The position numbers and the translations under genes were made by a program. The notes under the pieces are model-generated. The model saw nothing but the letters and a program-made list of their open reading frames with translations, made no database searches and was not told the origin of the DNA. A DNA stretch of 46,575 nucleotides, from positions 1 through 46,575 of the forward strand of contig VBMB01000137.1 in assembly GCA_005878525.1 (NCBI GenBank), given 5' to 3'. Below, piece by piece: positions 46,037 through 46,575 of this stretch (position 1 is the stretch's first letter; each line of letters begins with the position of its first letter). Source of the stretch: Methanobacteriota archaeon (lineage in GTDB: Archaea; Thermoplasmatota; Thermoplasmata; RBG-16-68-12).

Positions 46037-46575
46037 GTGCGCCGCGGCTCACCGTTTCATTCCCGCACGTCCGCCCTCTGCGAGAGCTGGGAGTGGCGAG
46101 GATGGTCCGGGTATCTCGCAGCTTCCTCCTATTCCCTCGTCCCGGAGATGGAGTACTACGCGATCCGACATTCCGCGGGGCTGCTTGACGTCTCCCCGCT
46201 CTACAAGTACCTCATCAGCGGGAAGGACGCCCTCCACCTCGTCAACAAGGTCGTCACGCGCGATGCGTCGAAACTCGCGAAGGGGCAGATCTACTACACG
46301 CCGTGGTGCGATGAACGCGGGAAGACGGTCGACGACGGGACCCTCTGGAACTTCGGAGACGGTTCTTTCCGGTTGACCTCCGCGGAGCCGAATCTGAAAT
46401 GGCTCCAAGACGCGGGGATTGGACTCGACGTCGACGTGACGGACGTCTCTGAGGATATCGGGGCGCTCGCCCTCCAGGGCCCCTCGTCGCGCGCGGTCCT
46501 TCTCGAAGGAGCCGATGGCGCGGTCCAGAAACTCAAGTACTTTCGATTCGTGAAGACGACGTTCGATGCGATTCC
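46037..46575 (+). CDS. GcvT/DmdA-like aminomethyltransferase family protein (runs off the window; not in the ORF track)
   Basis: GAGGAGG RBS then GTG; MRRGSPFHSRT..EYYAIR..AGLLDVSPLYKY..G.DA..YTPWCDE.G..VDDGT..LALQGP.SR. Confidence 0.92.
   Translation, partial: MRRGSPFHSRTSALCESWEWRGWSGYLAASSYSLVPEMEYYAIRHSAGLLDVSPLYKYLISGKDALHLVNKVVTRDASKLAKGQIYYTPWCDERGKTVDDGTLWNFGDGSFRLTSAEPNLKWLQDAGIGLDVDVTDVSEDIGALALQGPSSRAVLLEGADGAVQKLKYFRFVKTTFDAI

Noticed and set aside
1-46575. CRISPR arrays, transposases, integrases, rRNA
   Set aside because: No regularly spaced repeats or recognisable motifs found by eye

Overview
GC-rich archaeal chromosomal segment, most consistent with a soil or sediment Thermoplasmatota lineage. 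This is an inference from the archaeal-type ThrRS, PurP, split GMP synthase, UPF0147, PAC2, the RHH-ftsZ pair and a BHB-intron tRNA. It is mostly housekeeping: cell division (tandem RHH regulator + ftsZ), thrS, folP, a broken purP, tRNA-Gly(CCC) with intron, two CPA2 antiporters, a P2A ATPase, rtcA, a riboflavin-pathway reductase, carAB, guaAA/AB, purE, ahcY, DUF72/dinB, bcp, and two phytoene-desaturase-like oxidoreductases facing a GcvT-like gene. Three lower-GC patches occur at about 1-2.2 kb, 37.7-38.3 kb and 45.3-46.0 kb. The top candidate for an undescribed system is 10903..11973(-). Its N-half resembles AmoC/PmoC, with two D-x3-H...H metal-ligand triads, and its C-half resembles AmoA/PmoA, so it is a possible single-chain, B-less copper membrane monooxygenase relative. 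Also notable: an orphan triplicated ATP-synthase c-subunit-like protein, an uncalled 52-aa zinc-finger protein, a dif-like palindrome, and a promoter duplication flanking an AT-rich insert. All family calls come from motif recognition by eye; no searches were run.
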